Source: an uncultured delta proteobacterium (GTDB lineage Bacteria > Desulfobacterota > Binatia > UBA9968). Taken from it: DNA of 64,000 nt. The stretch spans positions 320,001 through 384,000 of the forward strand of contig CAWFJP010000030.1 of NCBI GenBank assembly GCA_963816145.1, given 5' to 3'. Under the pieces are notes generated by a model. That model was not told the DNA's origin and did no database searches. It saw only the letters and a program-made list of their open reading frames with translations. Numbering within the stretch: position 1 is the stretch's first letter; every line of letters begins with the position of its first letter. The translations under genes were made by a program, and so were the position numbers. Shown one piece after another: positions 46,167 through 57,193 of the stretch.

Positions 46167-48092
46167 TTAGCGTTTGCGCTCGATGCCGAGCGCTTTCATG
46201 CGCGAGCTGAGCGTCGTCGGCTTGATGCCAAGCAGGGTCGCCGCGCCGTTGGCGCCGGCGACTTTCCAATCGCTCGCTTCCAGGGCGACGACGATATTTC
46301 CCCGCTCCAAGTCTTCGAGCTCTTTTGCGGTGAGCACGCGCTTGGCAGCGGCTTCGCCTCCGGCCGCGGCCGCGGCGATCACGCCGATGCTTTCCGGCAG
46401 CGCCCGGTCAAGATTGAGTTTGCCATCACGGGCTGTGATCACGGCGCGTTCGATGATATTTTGCAGCTCGCGGACGTTACCGGGCCAGCGATAGGCTTCA
46501 AGGCGGCGGATACAATCCGCCGAGAGCGGTTCGATCGTCCGCCCCAGGCTCTTGGCGAATTTTTTCACGAAGGCCCCGGCCAGAGCGCCGATATCGCCGC
46601 GCCGTTCGCGCAGCGGCGGCAGCTCAATGGGAAAAACATTCAAGCGGTAATAAAGATCTTCGCGGAATTTACCCTCGCCGATGGCGCGTTGGAGGTCTCG
46701 ATTGGTGGCGGCCAAGACGCGCACATCGACCTTTCGGGTCTGCGAACTGCCGACCGGCTCGAACTCACCTTCTTGCAAGACCCGCAGCAGTTTACTCTGC
46801 AAGTCCAAAGGCAGCTCGCCCACTTCGTCGAGAAAGATCGTGCCGCCATGGGCCATGGCGAAGCGGCCATCGCGCTTCTTAGTGGCGCCTGTAAAGGCGC
46901 CCGCTTCATGGCCGAACAGTTCGCTCTCTATCAATGTCGCCGGAATCGCCGCGCAATTAACTTTGATGAGCGGCTTGTTGTGGCGTCGGCTGGTGCGGTG
47001 GATGGATCGCGCGATCACTTCTTTTCCCGTGCCGGTTTCACCGAGAATTAAGACCGTCGCATCGGTGGCCGCAACCTCTTGCGCGTCATTCAAGACTTTT
47101 AACCAAGTCGAGCTCTGGCCGACAACGCCATCGGCACCCACCAGCGTTTTGATTTCTTCGCGCAAATATTCGGTCTCGACGGTGAGGGAATGTATCTTGT
47201 TCTCCGCTTCGATGCGCTCATTCACATTGCGCAGAATGAACGTGTAAAAAGGTTCCCGCTCGACATCAAAGCGCGCCAGGGTCGCTTCGGCTTGAAAGGG
47301 TGCGCCATTGCGAGCGATAGCGTTAAAACCACCCGGAACCCACAACGACCGCTGACCCTCCGGCCGGGTATCGAGATCGACGATCAAACGGGCGAGTTTT
47401 TCGCGTGCGTCGGGCACGAGAAAATGGCTGAAGGATTGCCCGATAACCGCGGCAGCGCTGCAGCCGAAAACTCGTTCCGCCGCCGGATTCATCTGCGTGA
47501 CCGCCAAATAGCGATCGATCTCAACGATCGCGTCCATGGCATTGCCGACAAGCCGGCCCAGCTTTTGTTCGCGCTCGCGCACCTGAGTCTCAGCCCGCAA
47601 ACGGCGCAATTCGGCGGCTGCCCTGGCGGCGAAGATCTGGAATAAAGCCTGCGTCCTCGGCTCAGCCGGCATGGGCCGCTTGTCGAGGACTGCGAGATGT
47701 CCGAGAATTTTGCCATCCAAGTCCAAGAGCGGCATGCCCATATAACTCGCCGCTCCGACTGCTTTGACATCGGGGTCGTCCCAATAAATGTTCAGCAAAT
47801 TGTCCGGGATATGAATCAAACAACGCTGATCGATGACTCGTTCGCAGGGAGTTCCGTCGACGATCATCTCCCAGCCATCGAGCCACTGATCACCCATCCA
47901 GAAAGCCAGCGCCTTGAGCCGGCGCGATTCGGGGAAGTATTCCGTCACCCAGGCGCCGTGAGTACCGAGCGCCTCGGCAAGATTTTTCACCAACGCCCGA
48001 AAAAACTCGGCGCCGGTTTCAGTTGCGGTTCCTTCCAAGATCGTGCGCAGGGCGGCATCGACGTCGATCTTTTGCAGCGGCGAACGTTCCAT
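46167..48092 (-). CDS. Sigma54 enhancer-binding protein with GAF and PAS domains (FhlA/HyfR-like)
   Basis: GAF (GTPCE..Y.G.PL), [45 protein letters not shown]. Confidence 0.92.
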   Translation of the reverse strand: MERSPLQKIDVDAALRTILEGTATETGAEFFRALVKNLAEALGTHGAWVTEYFPESRRLKALAFWMGDQWLDGWEMIVDGTPCERVIDQRCLIHIPDNLLNIYWDDPDVKAVGAASYMGMPLLDLDGKILGHLAVLDKRPMPAEPRTQALFQIFAARAAAELRRLRAETQVREREQKLGRLVGNAMDAIVEIDRYLAVTQMNPAAERVFGCSAAAVIGQSFSHFLVPDAREKLARLIVDLDTRPEGQRSLWVPGGFNAIARNGAPFQAEATLARFDVEREPFYTFILRNVNERIEAENKIHSLTVETEYLREEIKTLVGADGVVGQSSTWLKVLNDAQEVAATDATVLILGETGTGKEVIARSIHRTSRRHNKPLIKVNCAAIPATLIESELFGHEAGAFTGATKKRDGRFAMAHGGTIFLDEVGELPLDLQSKLLRVLQEGEFEPVGSSQTRKVDVRVLAATNRDLQRAIGEGKFREDLYYRLNVFPIELPPLRERRGDIGALAGAFVKKFAKSLGRTIEPLSADCIRRLEAYRWPGNVRELQNIIERAVITARDGKLNLDRALPESIGVIAAAAAGGEAAAKRVLTAKELEDLERGNIVVALEASDWKVAGANGAATLLGIKPTTLSSRMKALGIERKR

Positions 48093-48197
48093 TACGCACC
48101 TTGAAGCAAGGTAGCTAGAGTTCTAAACCGGATTGTTAAAAATACTAACCGCGGGCGCAAACGCGGCCATGATGACACATTGGCGGCGATGATACGC

Positions 48198-48635
48198 TCA
48201 GAACGGAATATCGTCGTCCACCGGCGGCTGGCCGCCGCCCATGCCACCCATCGCCATGTCGTCGACGCCGCCGGTATCCATACCTTGTTGCGGCAACCGA
48301 GTGCCACCGCCACCGCCAAGGAATTGAATGCGTTGGGCAACGATCTCGGTGATGTAACGCTTGTTACCGCTCTTGTCGTCGTAGCTCCGTGTGCGGATGC
48401 TGCCTTCGATATAGACTTGGCGGCCCTTCGACAGGTACTGGCCGCAATGCTCGGCTTGCTTGCCCCAGACCACGATGTTGTGCCATTCGGTGCGCTCCTG
48501 CTTCTTGCCGTCGCGATCGTTCCACTGCTCGGAAGTGGCGATGGAGAAATTTGCCACAGCACTGCCCGTCTGGGTGTAACGCACCTCGGGATCCTTGCCG
48601 AGATTGCCGACCAGAATGACTTTATTAACGGACAT
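48198..48635 (-). CDS. ssb: Single-stranded DNA-binding protein
   Basis: [20 protein letters not shown]-terminal DDDIPF. Confidence 0.97.
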   Translation of the reverse strand: MSVNKVILVGNLGKDPEVRYTQTGSAVANFSIATSEQWNDRDGKKQERTEWHNIVVWGKQAEHCGQYLSKGRQVYIEGSIRTRSYDDKSGNKRYITEIVAQRIQFLGGGGGTRLPQQGMDTGGVDDMAMGGMGGGQPPVDDDIPF

Positions 48636-48826
48636 GCTTCCTCCCGAACTCCAGAAAAAACCTTGAGGCGGAAAAGTGCCCTCAACTTAACCCTGGCCAT
48701 CGGGAGAGTCAACTCAATTGAGCTGAACTTCGGAAAACTTCCTAACATTGATTTTTGGCCAAGGCTTCTCTACAATTAGTTACTTATTTCCAATGAGTTC
48801 GACAGTTCAAATTTAGCTTTGTCTTG

Positions 48827-49597
48827 ATGTTTTACGCAGTTAAATTAGCAGTCGTCATCGCGGTCACTATGCTGCTTTCGCTGGTGATCGTTCTATGCGG
48901 ACTGTTCGATACCCAAGGCAAGCGGGTTTATCGCATCAATCAATTTTGGACTTGGTTGATTATCAAATTCAGCGGCATCACGATGACCGTAGACGGTCTG
49001 AATCGCTTAGACCCACAGCGCCAGTATCTTTTTATCGTCAATCACCAAAGCAACTTCGACATTCCAGTGCTGGTTCAAGCGTTGCCGCAGTTCCAGCTAC
49101 GCTGGATCGCCAAGAAACAACTCCTTTGGATACCTTTCTTCGGTTGGGCGATGTGGGCGGCCAAACATATTTTCGTGGACCGGGCGGATTCGTTGGACGC
49201 GCTGAAAAGTTTGAAGCTCGCCAAGCAGCGCATCGCGGCGGGAATCTCGGTTGTGGTATTCCCGGAAGGCACCCGTAGTCCGGATGGCAAATTGTTGCCA
49301 TTCAAACGTGGCGGCTTTCTCCTGGCGCTGAAAACCAAGACGCCGATTGTGCCGGTGACTATCAACGGTACGGGTAAGCTCCTTGCCAAAGGCGAATGGC
49401 GCGTCCGGCCCGGGGCAATTAGGGTCACTATCGGCGCACCGATCATGGCGGAAGAATTTCGCCCAAGAGGGCTGCGCGGCTTGAGCGCACAGGTTCAAGA
49501 AATCATCGCAGCTAATCTGCAAACCACTGAGCCATTTGCCAGAAACCAAGACAACATGACCAGAGCGACCATCGCGGCGCCAGGGAGAACCGTCTAA
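48827..49597 (+). CDS. plsC: 1-acyl-sn-glycerol-3-phosphate acyltransferase
   Basis: NHQSNFD, FPEGTRS motifs. Confidence 0.9.
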   Translation: MFYAVKLAVVIAVTMLLSLVIVLCGLFDTQGKRVYRINQFWTWLIIKFSGITMTVDGLNRLDPQRQYLFIVNHQSNFDIPVLVQALPQFQLRWIAKKQLLWIPFFGWAMWAAKHIFVDRADSLDALKSLKLAKQRIAAGISVVVFPEGTRSPDGKLLPFKRGGFLLALKTKTPIVPVTINGTGKLLAKGEWRVRPGAIRVTIGAPIMAEEFRPRGLRGLSAQVQEIIAANLQTTEPFARNQDNMTRATIAAPGRTV

Positions 49598-49604
49598 CCC
49601 ATTC

Positions 49605-51260
49605 ATGGAACCATTGAAGATCATACCGCTCGGCGGCCTCGGCGAGTTCGGCTTGAACATGATGCTGATCGAGTATGGCGACGACGCCATAGCCGTGGAT
49701 TGCGGTCTCATGTTCCCCGACGCCCATTTGTTGGGCATCGACTTGGTGATCCCCGACGTCAGCTATTTGCTGGAAGAGAAGAGCAAGCTCAAGGCAATTG
49801 TGCTGACCCACGCGCACGAGGATCATGTCGGCGCCCTGCCCTTCGTCTTAAAGCATTTCGATGTGCCGATCTACGGCACCAAGCTAACGTTGGGCCTATT
49901 GGCGAACAAATTGAAAGAGCATGATCTCGAAGACAGCGCCGAGATCCATGAGATCACCGCCGGCGCACCCTGGCAGATCGGTCCATTCACCGTCGAAGGC
50001 ATCAGGGTTACGCACAGCTTGATGGACTGCCTCGCCTTGGCGGTCGAGACGCCGCTCGGGACGGTGATCCACACTGGCGATTTCAAGATCGACAACACGC
50101 CGATGGATGGCGAGATGTTCGACTTCCAACGCTTTGCCGCTTACGGCGAAAAGGGCGTGCTGCTGCTTATGTCGGACTCGACCAACGTCGAACGGCGCGG
50201 CCACACGCCTTCCGAGCGCGAAGTCGGGACGAATTTGGAACAGATCATCTTCAAAAGCACCGGCAAAGTCTTGGTTTCGACTTTCTCGTCAAGCATCCCG
50301 CGCATCCAGCAGGTCGTCGAAATTGCCGAGCGCTGCGACCGGCGCGTCGTGCTCAGCGGCCGCAGTATGATTCGTAACTGTGAAGTTGCCGCCGACCTGG
50401 GCTATTTGCGCTTGCCGCGCAGTTTCATGACCGACGGCGACCGCTGGCAAGGCTTGGCGCCCGACCGCCTGATGTTTCTCACCACCGGCAGTCAGGGCGA
50501 GCCCATGTCGGTCCTGCACCGGGTCGCCTTGGACGATCACAAGACACTCAAAGTCGAAAGTGGCGACACAGTGATTCTCTCGTCGAAGTTTATTCCCGGC
50601 AACGAGAAGGTTATTTCGAACCTGATCAATCACCTCTACCGCCGCGGCGCCGAGGTCCATTACGAAAAGGTCTCGGAGATTCATGTCTCTGGCCACGCCA
50701 GTCAGGAAGAGCTGAAAACCATGTTGCAGCTCACCCGGCCGCGTTACTTCGTGCCGATCCACGGCGAATATCGTCATTTGGTGCGCCACCGGCGGCTCGC
50801 TCAAGAGGTCGGCATCCCTGAAGAGAATTGTTTTCTCCTCGACGATGGCGATGTCCTCGAGTTGACTTCCCGCGGTGCCGAGAAGGTCAAGCCGATTCAA
50901 GTCGGCCGCGTCTTCGTCGACGGCAAAGGCGTCGGCGACGTCGGTGATGTGGTCATCCGTGACCGGCGTCATCTTTCCGAAGACGGCATGGTCCTGGCCG
51001 TCATGGCGATCCATCAGCAATCCGGCGAACTGGTCGCTGGCCCGGACCTGATTTCACGCGGTTTCATGCTCGCAGAAGAAAGCGAAGAAGTCATGGAGAG
51101 CGCGAAACAGGCCGTGCTGGCCGCGCTCGCCGACATGAACCGCGAGACTCGCACCGACCCGGAAGAGCTCAAAGAAGAAGTGCGCCGAGTGTTGCGGCGA
51201 TTTTTCCGCAAGAAACTTGAGCGCCGTCCCGTGGTGCTGCCCTACATCATCGAAACCTAA
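49605..51260 (+). CDS. rnj: Ribonuclease J
   Basis: PLGGLGEFG.NM, THAHEDH, TGSQGEP, HVSGH, PIHGEYRH. Confidence 0.96.
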   Translation: MEPLKIIPLGGLGEFGLNMMLIEYGDDAIAVDCGLMFPDAHLLGIDLVIPDVSYLLEEKSKLKAIVLTHAHEDHVGALPFVLKHFDVPIYGTKLTLGLLANKLKEHDLEDSAEIHEITAGAPWQIGPFTVEGIRVTHSLMDCLALAVETPLGTVIHTGDFKIDNTPMDGEMFDFQRFAAYGEKGVLLLMSDSTNVERRGHTPSEREVGTNLEQIIFKSTGKVLVSTFSSSIPRIQQVVEIAERCDRRVVLSGRSMIRNCEVAADLGYLRLPRSFMTDGDRWQGLAPDRLMFLTTGSQGEPMSVLHRVALDDHKTLKVESGDTVILSSKFIPGNEKVISNLINHLYRRGAEVHYEKVSEIHVSGHASQEELKTMLQLTRPRYFVPIHGEYRHLVRHRRLAQEVGIPEENCFLLDDGDVLELTSRGAEKVKPIQVGRVFVDGKGVGDVGDVVIRDRRHLSEDGMVLAVMAIHQQSGELVAGPDLISRGFMLAEESEEVMESAKQAVLAALADMNRETRTDPEELKEEVRRVLRRFFRKKLERRPVVLPYIIET

Positions 51261-51272
51261 GGGAAGCGAATT

Positions 51273-53540
51273 ATGCCAGCTGTAATCGAAAAAGGTCGTC
51301 TCAATCGTGAAATCTGGGCTGTGGTGATTGCGCTCACGGCGCTGCTCATCGCCATTAGCTTGGTTTCCTATAGCGTCAACGATCGCTCGTTCAATACGCC
51401 TTCGGGCGCGGTTGACACGCACAACTGGGGCGGCTTTCTCGGCGCGTTCCTCGCCGACCTGCTACTCCAGGGCCTGGGGCTGTCGTCGTATCTCGTTCCG
51501 GTGTTCTTAATTGCCGGCGCGACGCAAATGTTCCGCGCCAGTTACAAGGGGGTCTCGCTGGCTCGCGCTTCGGCCTACGCGGTTCTCCTAGTGAGCATCG
51601 GCGTCTTCTTGAGCGTCATCATTGACAGCGAAAGCGCCCGCGATGCCGGCGGCATTGTCGGCGGTTTCCTTAAGGAAAGTATTTTGATCCCGCTGTTCGG
51701 CCGTTTGAGCTCGGTGTTGATCGCCTGCTTCATGCTGCTTTTGTCGATCATGATGCTGACTCAGTATTCGTTGCTCGACTTGATCGGTGCCACCAAAAAG
51801 AACTTCAGCGAATTCAAAAAATCCCTAGTACCGGCGATCAACGACCGGATGAAGGAACTCAAAGAGATAAATGATAAACGCAAAGGTGAAAACACCAAGA
51901 AAGAGAAAAAGGATTATACCCCGCCGACGATCCTGACCAAAGACGATCCCATCGACGACTTGGTCATAAGAAAAGCTACCAAGAAGCCGGTGGCGCAGGC
52001 GCCGGAACAGTTTAAGCTTCCGGAAGTCGGCGAGGGCTACAAACTGCCACCGCTGGAGCTTCTAGACCCGCCGGAGCATGAGCAGATCAGTATCGACAAG
52101 GACACCCTGCACGCCAATTCGCTGATCTTGCAGAAAAAACTCGAAGACTTCGGCGTCGAGGGCGAAGTCGTCGCGGTGCGCCCTGGGCCGGTCATCACCA
52201 TGTACGAGTTCAAGCCCGCGCCCGGTGTCAAAGTCCGGCGCATCGTCATGTTGGCCGACGATCTCGCCATGGCACTGCGCGCCGTCAGCGTCCGCATCTT
52301 AGCGCCGATCCCCGGCGAATCCGTGGTGGGCATCGAGATCCCCAATCCGCGGCGCGAAACCGTCTATTTACGCGAAGTGATCGAGAGTGAGTCCTACCGT
52401 ACCGCCGATTCGAAGATTACCTTGGCGCTGGGCAAGGACATCGGCGGAGTGCCGTTTACCACCGATCTCTCCAGAATGCCTCATCTCCTGGTCGCGGGAG
52501 CTACCGGCACCGGTAAATCTGTATCGATCAACGCGATGATCTTGAGTTTGTTATTCAAGAGCAACCCACAGGACGTCAAGTTCATCATGGTCGATCCCAA
52601 GATGCTCGAATTGACCGTTTATGAAGACATCCCGCATCAGTTGGTGCCGGTCGTCACCGATCCCAAGAAAGCCGCCGCCGCGCTGTTCTGGGCGATGGAT
52701 GAAATGGATCGCCGCTATCGCCTAATGAGGGAAAAAGGCGTGCGCAATATCGACGGCTACAACCGGTCGATAGAAAAGGAGTCTGGGAACAAAAAAGATC
52801 TCATCCACCTAACCGATGAAGAACCGATGGAAGAAACGCCGGCGATCGGCGGCAGGCTGTCGAAAGACGCGCCCTTGGTCCATGGCCATTTGCCGCGCAT
52901 CGTTATCATCATCGACGAATTGGCTGATCTCATGATGACTGTCGGACGGGACATCGAAGAGTATATTACCCGCCTGGCGCAGAAAGCGCGCGCGGCGGGC
53001 ATTCATTTGATCCTAGCCACCCAGCGGCCCTCGGTCGACGTCATCACCGGCCTCATCAAGGCCAACTTTCCGGCACGCATTTCTTTTCAAGTGACCTCGC
53101 GCATCGATTCGCGGACGATCTTGGACTCCATGGGCGGCGAGAAACTCCTAGGCAACGGCGATATGCTCTTCCTGCCGCCGGGAACGGCAAGGCTCACCCG
53201 GATCCATGGCGCCTTCGTCTCCGATCAGGAAGTGCGCAAAGTGGTGAAATTCATCAAACAACAGGGCCGGCCTAACTACCGCACCGATATACTGGAAGCC
53301 AAAAAAGAAATCGAAGCTGCCGCTGCGGCCGACGAAGAATATGACGAGATGTACGATCAGGCGGTTGCCATCGTTACCGAGACCCAACAGGCTTCGATCT
53401 CTATGATTCAACGGCGATTGCGTGTAGGGTACAACCGCGCTGCGCGGATGATCGAAGTCATGGAACGCGACGGCGTCATCGGTCCGGCCGACGGTGCCAA
53501 ACCGAGAGAAGTTTATGCGCAAAAAATCGAAGAAAACTAG
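51273..53540 (+). CDS. ftsK: DNA translocase FtsK
   Basis: 4-TM N-terminus, PHLLVAGATGTGKS, DELADLMM, ATQRPSVDV, GYNRAAR gamma domain. Confidence 0.97.
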   Translation: MPAVIEKGRLNREIWAVVIALTALLIAISLVSYSVNDRSFNTPSGAVDTHNWGGFLGAFLADLLLQGLGLSSYLVPVFLIAGATQMFRASYKGVSLARASAYAVLLVSIGVFLSVIIDSESARDAGGIVGGFLKESILIPLFGRLSSVLIACFMLLLSIMMLTQYSLLDLIGATKKNFSEFKKSLVPAINDRMKELKEINDKRKGENTKKEKKDYTPPTILTKDDPIDDLVIRKATKKPVAQAPEQFKLPEVGEGYKLPPLELLDPPEHEQISIDKDTLHANSLILQKKLEDFGVEGEVVAVRPGPVITMYEFKPAPGVKVRRIVMLADDLAMALRAVSVRILAPIPGESVVGIEIPNPRRETVYLREVIESESYRTADSKITLALGKDIGGVPFTTDLSRMPHLLVAGATGTGKSVSINAMILSLLFKSNPQDVKFIMVDPKMLELTVYEDIPHQLVPVVTDPKKAAAALFWAMDEMDRRYRLMREKGVRNIDGYNRSIEKESGNKKDLIHLTDEEPMEETPAIGGRLSKDAPLVHGHLPRIVIIIDELADLMMTVGRDIEEYITRLAQKARAAGIHLILATQRPSVDVITGLIKANFPARISFQVTSRIDSRTILDSMGGEKLLGNGDMLFLPPGTARLTRIHGAFVSDQEVRKVVKFIKQQGRPNYRTDILEAKKEIEAAAAADEEYDEMYDQAVAIVTETQQASISMIQRRLRVGYNRAARMIEVMERDGVIGPADGAKPREVYAQKIEEN

Positions 53541-54201
53541 GCAAATCCTTTGGATGCTGCTCGTTGCATCGGGCCTGGTGTCGACCGTGCAGAGCCAACT
53601 GGGCCGCGCTGCCGAAACCAACAGTGCCGATGCGGTTGTCGACGCCTTGCAAAAAACCTACGACGCCACCGTCGATTTCGTCGCCGACTTCCGCCAGGAG
53701 ACTGAAGTCAAAACTCTCGGCCGGAGCCTCAAAGCGTCGGGGAAGCTCTCTTTCAAGCGCCCCGGAAGAATGCTCTGGACCTATGAAACGCCCAAGGGTC
53801 AGTTCGTCTTGGCCGACGGCAAGCATCTATTTTTCTATCAGCCCGAGCAGAATCAAGTGATCAAAAGCCCGCTCAAAAACGCCTTTCGCGGCGACATTCC
53901 ACTGTCGTTTCTGCTCGGTCTCGGCAACCTCAAGAAAGATTTCAACGCAACACTCAAAGCCTCCGACGAAAGCCAAAGTATTCTGCGCCTGGAGCCCAAG
54001 GGCGAAGCCGGGGGTTACAGTGAAATCCTCGTTGGCGTCAGCAAAAGTTCGTCGGACATTTTGTGGGTCAGCGTGCGCGATGCCGCCAGCAATCTGACCA
54101 CCTTGCGCTTTTCCGGTATGCGCAAGAGCGTCGGCTTGAAAGACAACCTGTTTCAGGTGCAAATCCCCAATGGCGCCGATGTCGTCGAACTAGGCCAATG
54201 A
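53515..54201 (+). CDS. lolA: Outer membrane lipoprotein carrier LolA
   Basis: F.ADF.Q, KRPG.M.W.Y..P, DGK.L..Y.P..NQV; follows ftsK; start uncertain. Confidence 0.88.
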   Translation: MRKKSKKTRQILWMLLVASGLVSTVQSQLGRAAETNSADAVVDALQKTYDATVDFVADFRQETEVKTLGRSLKASGKLSFKRPGRMLWTYETPKGQFVLADGKHLFFYQPEQNQVIKSPLKNAFRGDIPLSFLLGLGNLKKDFNATLKASDESQSILRLEPKGEAGGYSEILVGVSKSSSDILWVSVRDAASNLTTLRFSGMRKSVGLKDNLFQVQIPNGADVVELGQ

Positions 54202-55553
54202 CGATCAAGCAAAAATTCAGCATTGTCAGCCTTGGCTGCGCGCGCAATTTGGTCGACTCCGAGGTGATGGCCGGACTGCTGCAGAAAAATGACTACGAGA
54301 TCGTCAGCGAGCCGGCTGACGCCGATGTTGTCATGGTCAACACCTGCGGCTTTATCGGCGCCGCCAAGGAAGAATCCATCGATACCATTGTCGAGATGGG
54401 CCGCCTCAAGGAATCCGGTAAACTAAAAAAACTGGTGGTGGCGGGATGCCTGTCCCAGCGCTACCCCACCGAGCTCGCCGCTGAACTCTCGGAGGTCGAT
54501 CTATTCATCGGCACCGGGGAAGTGCCGCGCATCGCCGAGATCCTGCGCGAACATGAAACGACCCGGCAGCGCCAATATGTCGGCTTGCCGAGTTACATCT
54601 ACGACCACGCAACGCCGCGAGATCGATCCACCCCGTCCCATACGGCATTTCTGAAAGTCTCGGAAGGCTGCGACCACAAATGCGCCTTCTGCATCATCCC
54701 GCAATTGCGCGGCCCGCACCGCAGCCGCAGCGTCGAATCGGTGGTAACCGAGACTCATCAGCTCGCCCAAGCCGGGGTGAAGGAAATAAACTTAATCGCC
54801 CAGGATCTCACCGCCTACGGTCGCGATCGCAAAGACGGGACGACGCTTTACGGCCTGTTGCGCGAGATGTCCCAGGTCGATGACCTGCAGTGGATTCGTC
54901 TGCTTTATTCGTATCCTAACTACCTCGACCCAGAGTTGCTCGAGCTGATCGCCAACAGCGCCAAGATTTGCAAATATGTCGATATCCCGTTTCAGCATAT
55001 CAGTCAGCGGCTGTTGCAACGCATGCGCCGCGGCAAAAGCGGCAGCGCGGTGCGGCAAACCATCGAAAAGCTGCGGCAAGCGATTCCGGGGTTGACGCTG
55101 CGCACGTCAATCATCGTCGGCTTTCCCGGCGAAACCGACGTAGAGTTCGCCGAGCTTTTGGATTTTGTCGAAACTGCCAAATTCGACCGGCTCGGGGTTT
55201 TCAAATACTCCGAGGAAGAGGGCACCAACGCCGTCAAGCTCGGCGGCAAGGTGAGCGAAGAGGAAAAGGAAGACCGTTGGCAGCAAGTGATGGACATCCA
55301 AGCCGTGGTTTCACTAAAAAAAAATCAGGCCTTGATTGGCACCATACAGAGCGTTATGATCGACGGCGCCGATCCGGACTCCGGCCGGTACACCGGTCGA
55401 ACCGAGGCCCATGCGCCTGAGGTTGACGGGGTTGTTTATATAGACGAGCAAAATTTCAAGGGGGACGAACCGCCCCATGGCGGTGACATGCTGATTGTGA
55501 AAATCACCGGCGCCTCCGATTATGACCTGATAGGTGAAACACTCCATGGCTAG
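54198..55553 (+). CDS. rimO: Ribosomal protein S12 methylthiotransferase RimO
   Basis: SLGCARNLVDSE, NTCGFI..AKEES, EGCDHKCAFCIIP, APEVDG TRAM domain. Confidence 0.95.
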   Translation: MTIKQKFSIVSLGCARNLVDSEVMAGLLQKNDYEIVSEPADADVVMVNTCGFIGAAKEESIDTIVEMGRLKESGKLKKLVVAGCLSQRYPTELAAELSEVDLFIGTGEVPRIAEILREHETTRQRQYVGLPSYIYDHATPRDRSTPSHTAFLKVSEGCDHKCAFCIIPQLRGPHRSRSVESVVTETHQLAQAGVKEINLIAQDLTAYGRDRKDGTTLYGLLREMSQVDDLQWIRLLYSYPNYLDPELLELIANSAKICKYVDIPFQHISQRLLQRMRRGKSGSAVRQTIEKLRQAIPGLTLRTSIIVGFPGETDVEFAELLDFVETAKFDRLGVFKYSEEEGTNAVKLGGKVSEEEKEDRWQQVMDIQAVVSLKKNQALIGTIQSVMIDGADPDSGRYTGRTEAHAPEVDGVVYIDEQNFKGDEPPHGGDMLIVKITGASDYDLIGETLHG

Positions 55554-56004
55554 ACTCGACGTAGACAAAGAAAAAAAGCAGCGACGAGACTTCTTGAAAC
55601 AAGCCTCCGAGATGCTCGCAGAGATGAAGCGCTCCTTGATGAAGGAAATGCAGACTCGCGTCAAAGGGGAGACCGAAGGTTCCAAGGATGAAGGCCGCGA
55701 CACCTATGATCTCGCCAGCGATGAGCGCGACCGGGAGATCAATTTCATCTTGAACGACCGCGAGCGCGAGAAGCTTCACGCCATCGATGAAGCCTTGCAG
55801 CGCATCTCCGACAAGACCTATGGGTTATGCGAGAGTTGCGAGGGAGAGATCCAGTTGGGACGCCTCAAAGTCCTGCCCTTCACCCGCCTCTGCGTCCGTT
55901 GCCAGGAAGAGAACGAGAAGGAAAGCAAAAGGCAAAAGACTCTGGAGAACGAGCGCAGCTATCGCCGGCTCGACGCCACCGACGCTGAAGACGAGAGCTT
56001 TTAG
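55546..56004 (+). CDS. dksA: DksA/TraR family C4 zinc-finger protein
   Basis: D..D.AS coiled-coil tip (DTYDLASDE), YGLCESC..I...RL...P...LCVRC. Confidence 0.85.
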   Translation: MARLDVDKEKKQRRDFLKQASEMLAEMKRSLMKEMQTRVKGETEGSKDEGRDTYDLASDERDREINFILNDREREKLHAIDEALQRISDKTYGLCESCEGEIQLGRLKVLPFTRLCVRCQEENEKESKRQKTLENERSYRRLDATDAEDESF

Positions 56005-56077
56005 TCAAGTAACATTCCCCGGCGCGCCGTTGATTCAAGGGCGGCGAGGCAATACCGAATCACTAGCCCGGTAATAA

Positions 56078-56120
56078 TAAAGGGGGCGGGCACAAAGCGA
56101 GCTGTGCCGCCCCCTTTTAA
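56078..56120. terminator. Bidirectional intrinsic terminator
   Basis: aaagggggcgggcaca...tgtgccgccccctttt between convergent genes. Confidence 0.75.
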
Positions 56121-56142
56121 TTCAGCGCTTGTTAGCGAAGGG

Positions 56143-56499
56143 CTATTCGCCCTTGGCAGGGACGAAGGTCATCTTCGAGAGGAAATTCTTCTCACCCTTG
56201 GTGACGTACTCGACAGTGGCCGATGAGCCAAGTCCGACGTCGCTCATCTTCGTTTTCGATTCGACGATTTCAGTCGCCTTGGTTTTAGCGTTGTAGTCCA
56301 AGGTGACCAGCTTGCCATCCTTGGTAACCACGATCATGTAGTTCTTTTCAGTGTCCAACAAACCGATGTCACCGGAAACTTTTTCCGCTTTAGCCTTGGC
56401 CGGTTCGGCCTTCTTTTCTTCTTGTGCCATTGCTGGCAAGGCAAGAGATGCTGCGGCGATAACCGCGACCGCCCCGACAATTTGGTTATTTATTTTCAT
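56143..56499 (-). CDS. Small secreted beta-rich (OB-fold-like) protein, PAKGE family, type B
   Basis: SPI signal (AMA-QE), core GDIGLLDTEKNYMIVVTKDGKLVTLD, ends PAKGE. Confidence 0.85.
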   Translation of the reverse strand: MKINNQIVGAVAVIAAASLALPAMAQEEKKAEPAKAKAEKVSGDIGLLDTEKNYMIVVTKDGKLVTLDYNAKTKATEIVESKTKMSDVGLGSSATVEYVTKGEKNFLSKMTFVPAKGE

Positions 56500-56549
56500 A
56501 TAACTCTCTCCTTCTGATGCGTCTTTAGTCGGCAGTTCTTCAAGCGACC

Positions 56550-56960
56550 CTATTCGCCCTTCGCCGGCAGATACTCGATACTCGAAGCGATACTCTTGTC
56601 GCCGACTTTTGTATAGACGACCGTTGCCGCCGAACCAAGGCCGATGTCGGCGATCTTAGCAGGTTTGAACTCTCGCTGAATCGGCTGAAACTTCGGATCG
56701 TAGTCAACCGTCACGAGCTTGCCCTCTTTCGTGACGATAATCATGTAATTTTTTTCGGTGTCCAAGAGCCCTACATCGCCGGCTATCTTGGTTGCCTTTG
56801 CCGCTGGTGCTTTTGCTTCGGCCTTCGCCTCAGTCTTTGCGGCTGGTGCTGGTGCCGGTGCCGCAGGTTTGGCGGCCATCTCCTCTTGCGTCGAGCACGA
56901 CGTAAAAGCTACCGACATCGCTACCAATGCCACTCCACTCACTGACACCAATCTGTTCAT
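56550..56960 (-). CDS. Small lipoprotein, PAKGE family, type A
   Basis: Lipobox FTSC, Ala/Pro/Lys tether, GDVGLLDTEKNYMIIVTKEGKLVTVD, ends PAKGE. Confidence 0.85.
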   Translation of the reverse strand: MNRLVSVSGVALVAMSVAFTSCSTQEEMAAKPAAPAPAPAAKTEAKAEAKAPAAKATKIAGDVGLLDTEKNYMIIVTKEGKLVTVDYDPKFQPIQREFKPAKIADIGLGSAATVVYTKVGDKSIASSIEYLPAKGE

Positions 56961-57084
56961 CGTTCCTCCCTACTGAGCTAAATTTTCTAATATTTGTTTC
57001 ATTTACTTATCGTGACCCAGATGGTTATCTCAATACGCTTTAAGTAGGAATTTTCCTCAGCCATTGCGAAACACGGCTATCATG

Positions 57085-57102
57085 GTAGGACTTAAGTCTT
57101 AC
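57085..57102. promoter_or_regulatory. Palindromic operator candidate
   Basis: gtaggacttaagtcttac, near-perfect 18-bp palindrome between divergent genes; core repeated at 60117-60128. Confidence 0.6.
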
Positions 57103-57193
57103 AGCATAACATTTAAGCAAAATCGCCTATTTGCACCCTTAATTATTTGATGTATGCGTAATTAAGCGTAAGTGAAAGGCGGAGAGACTTGCT

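Noticed and set aside
48092-48779. ORFs of 218 and 199 aa overlapping ssb
   Set aside because: Alternative frames of the unambiguous ssb gene
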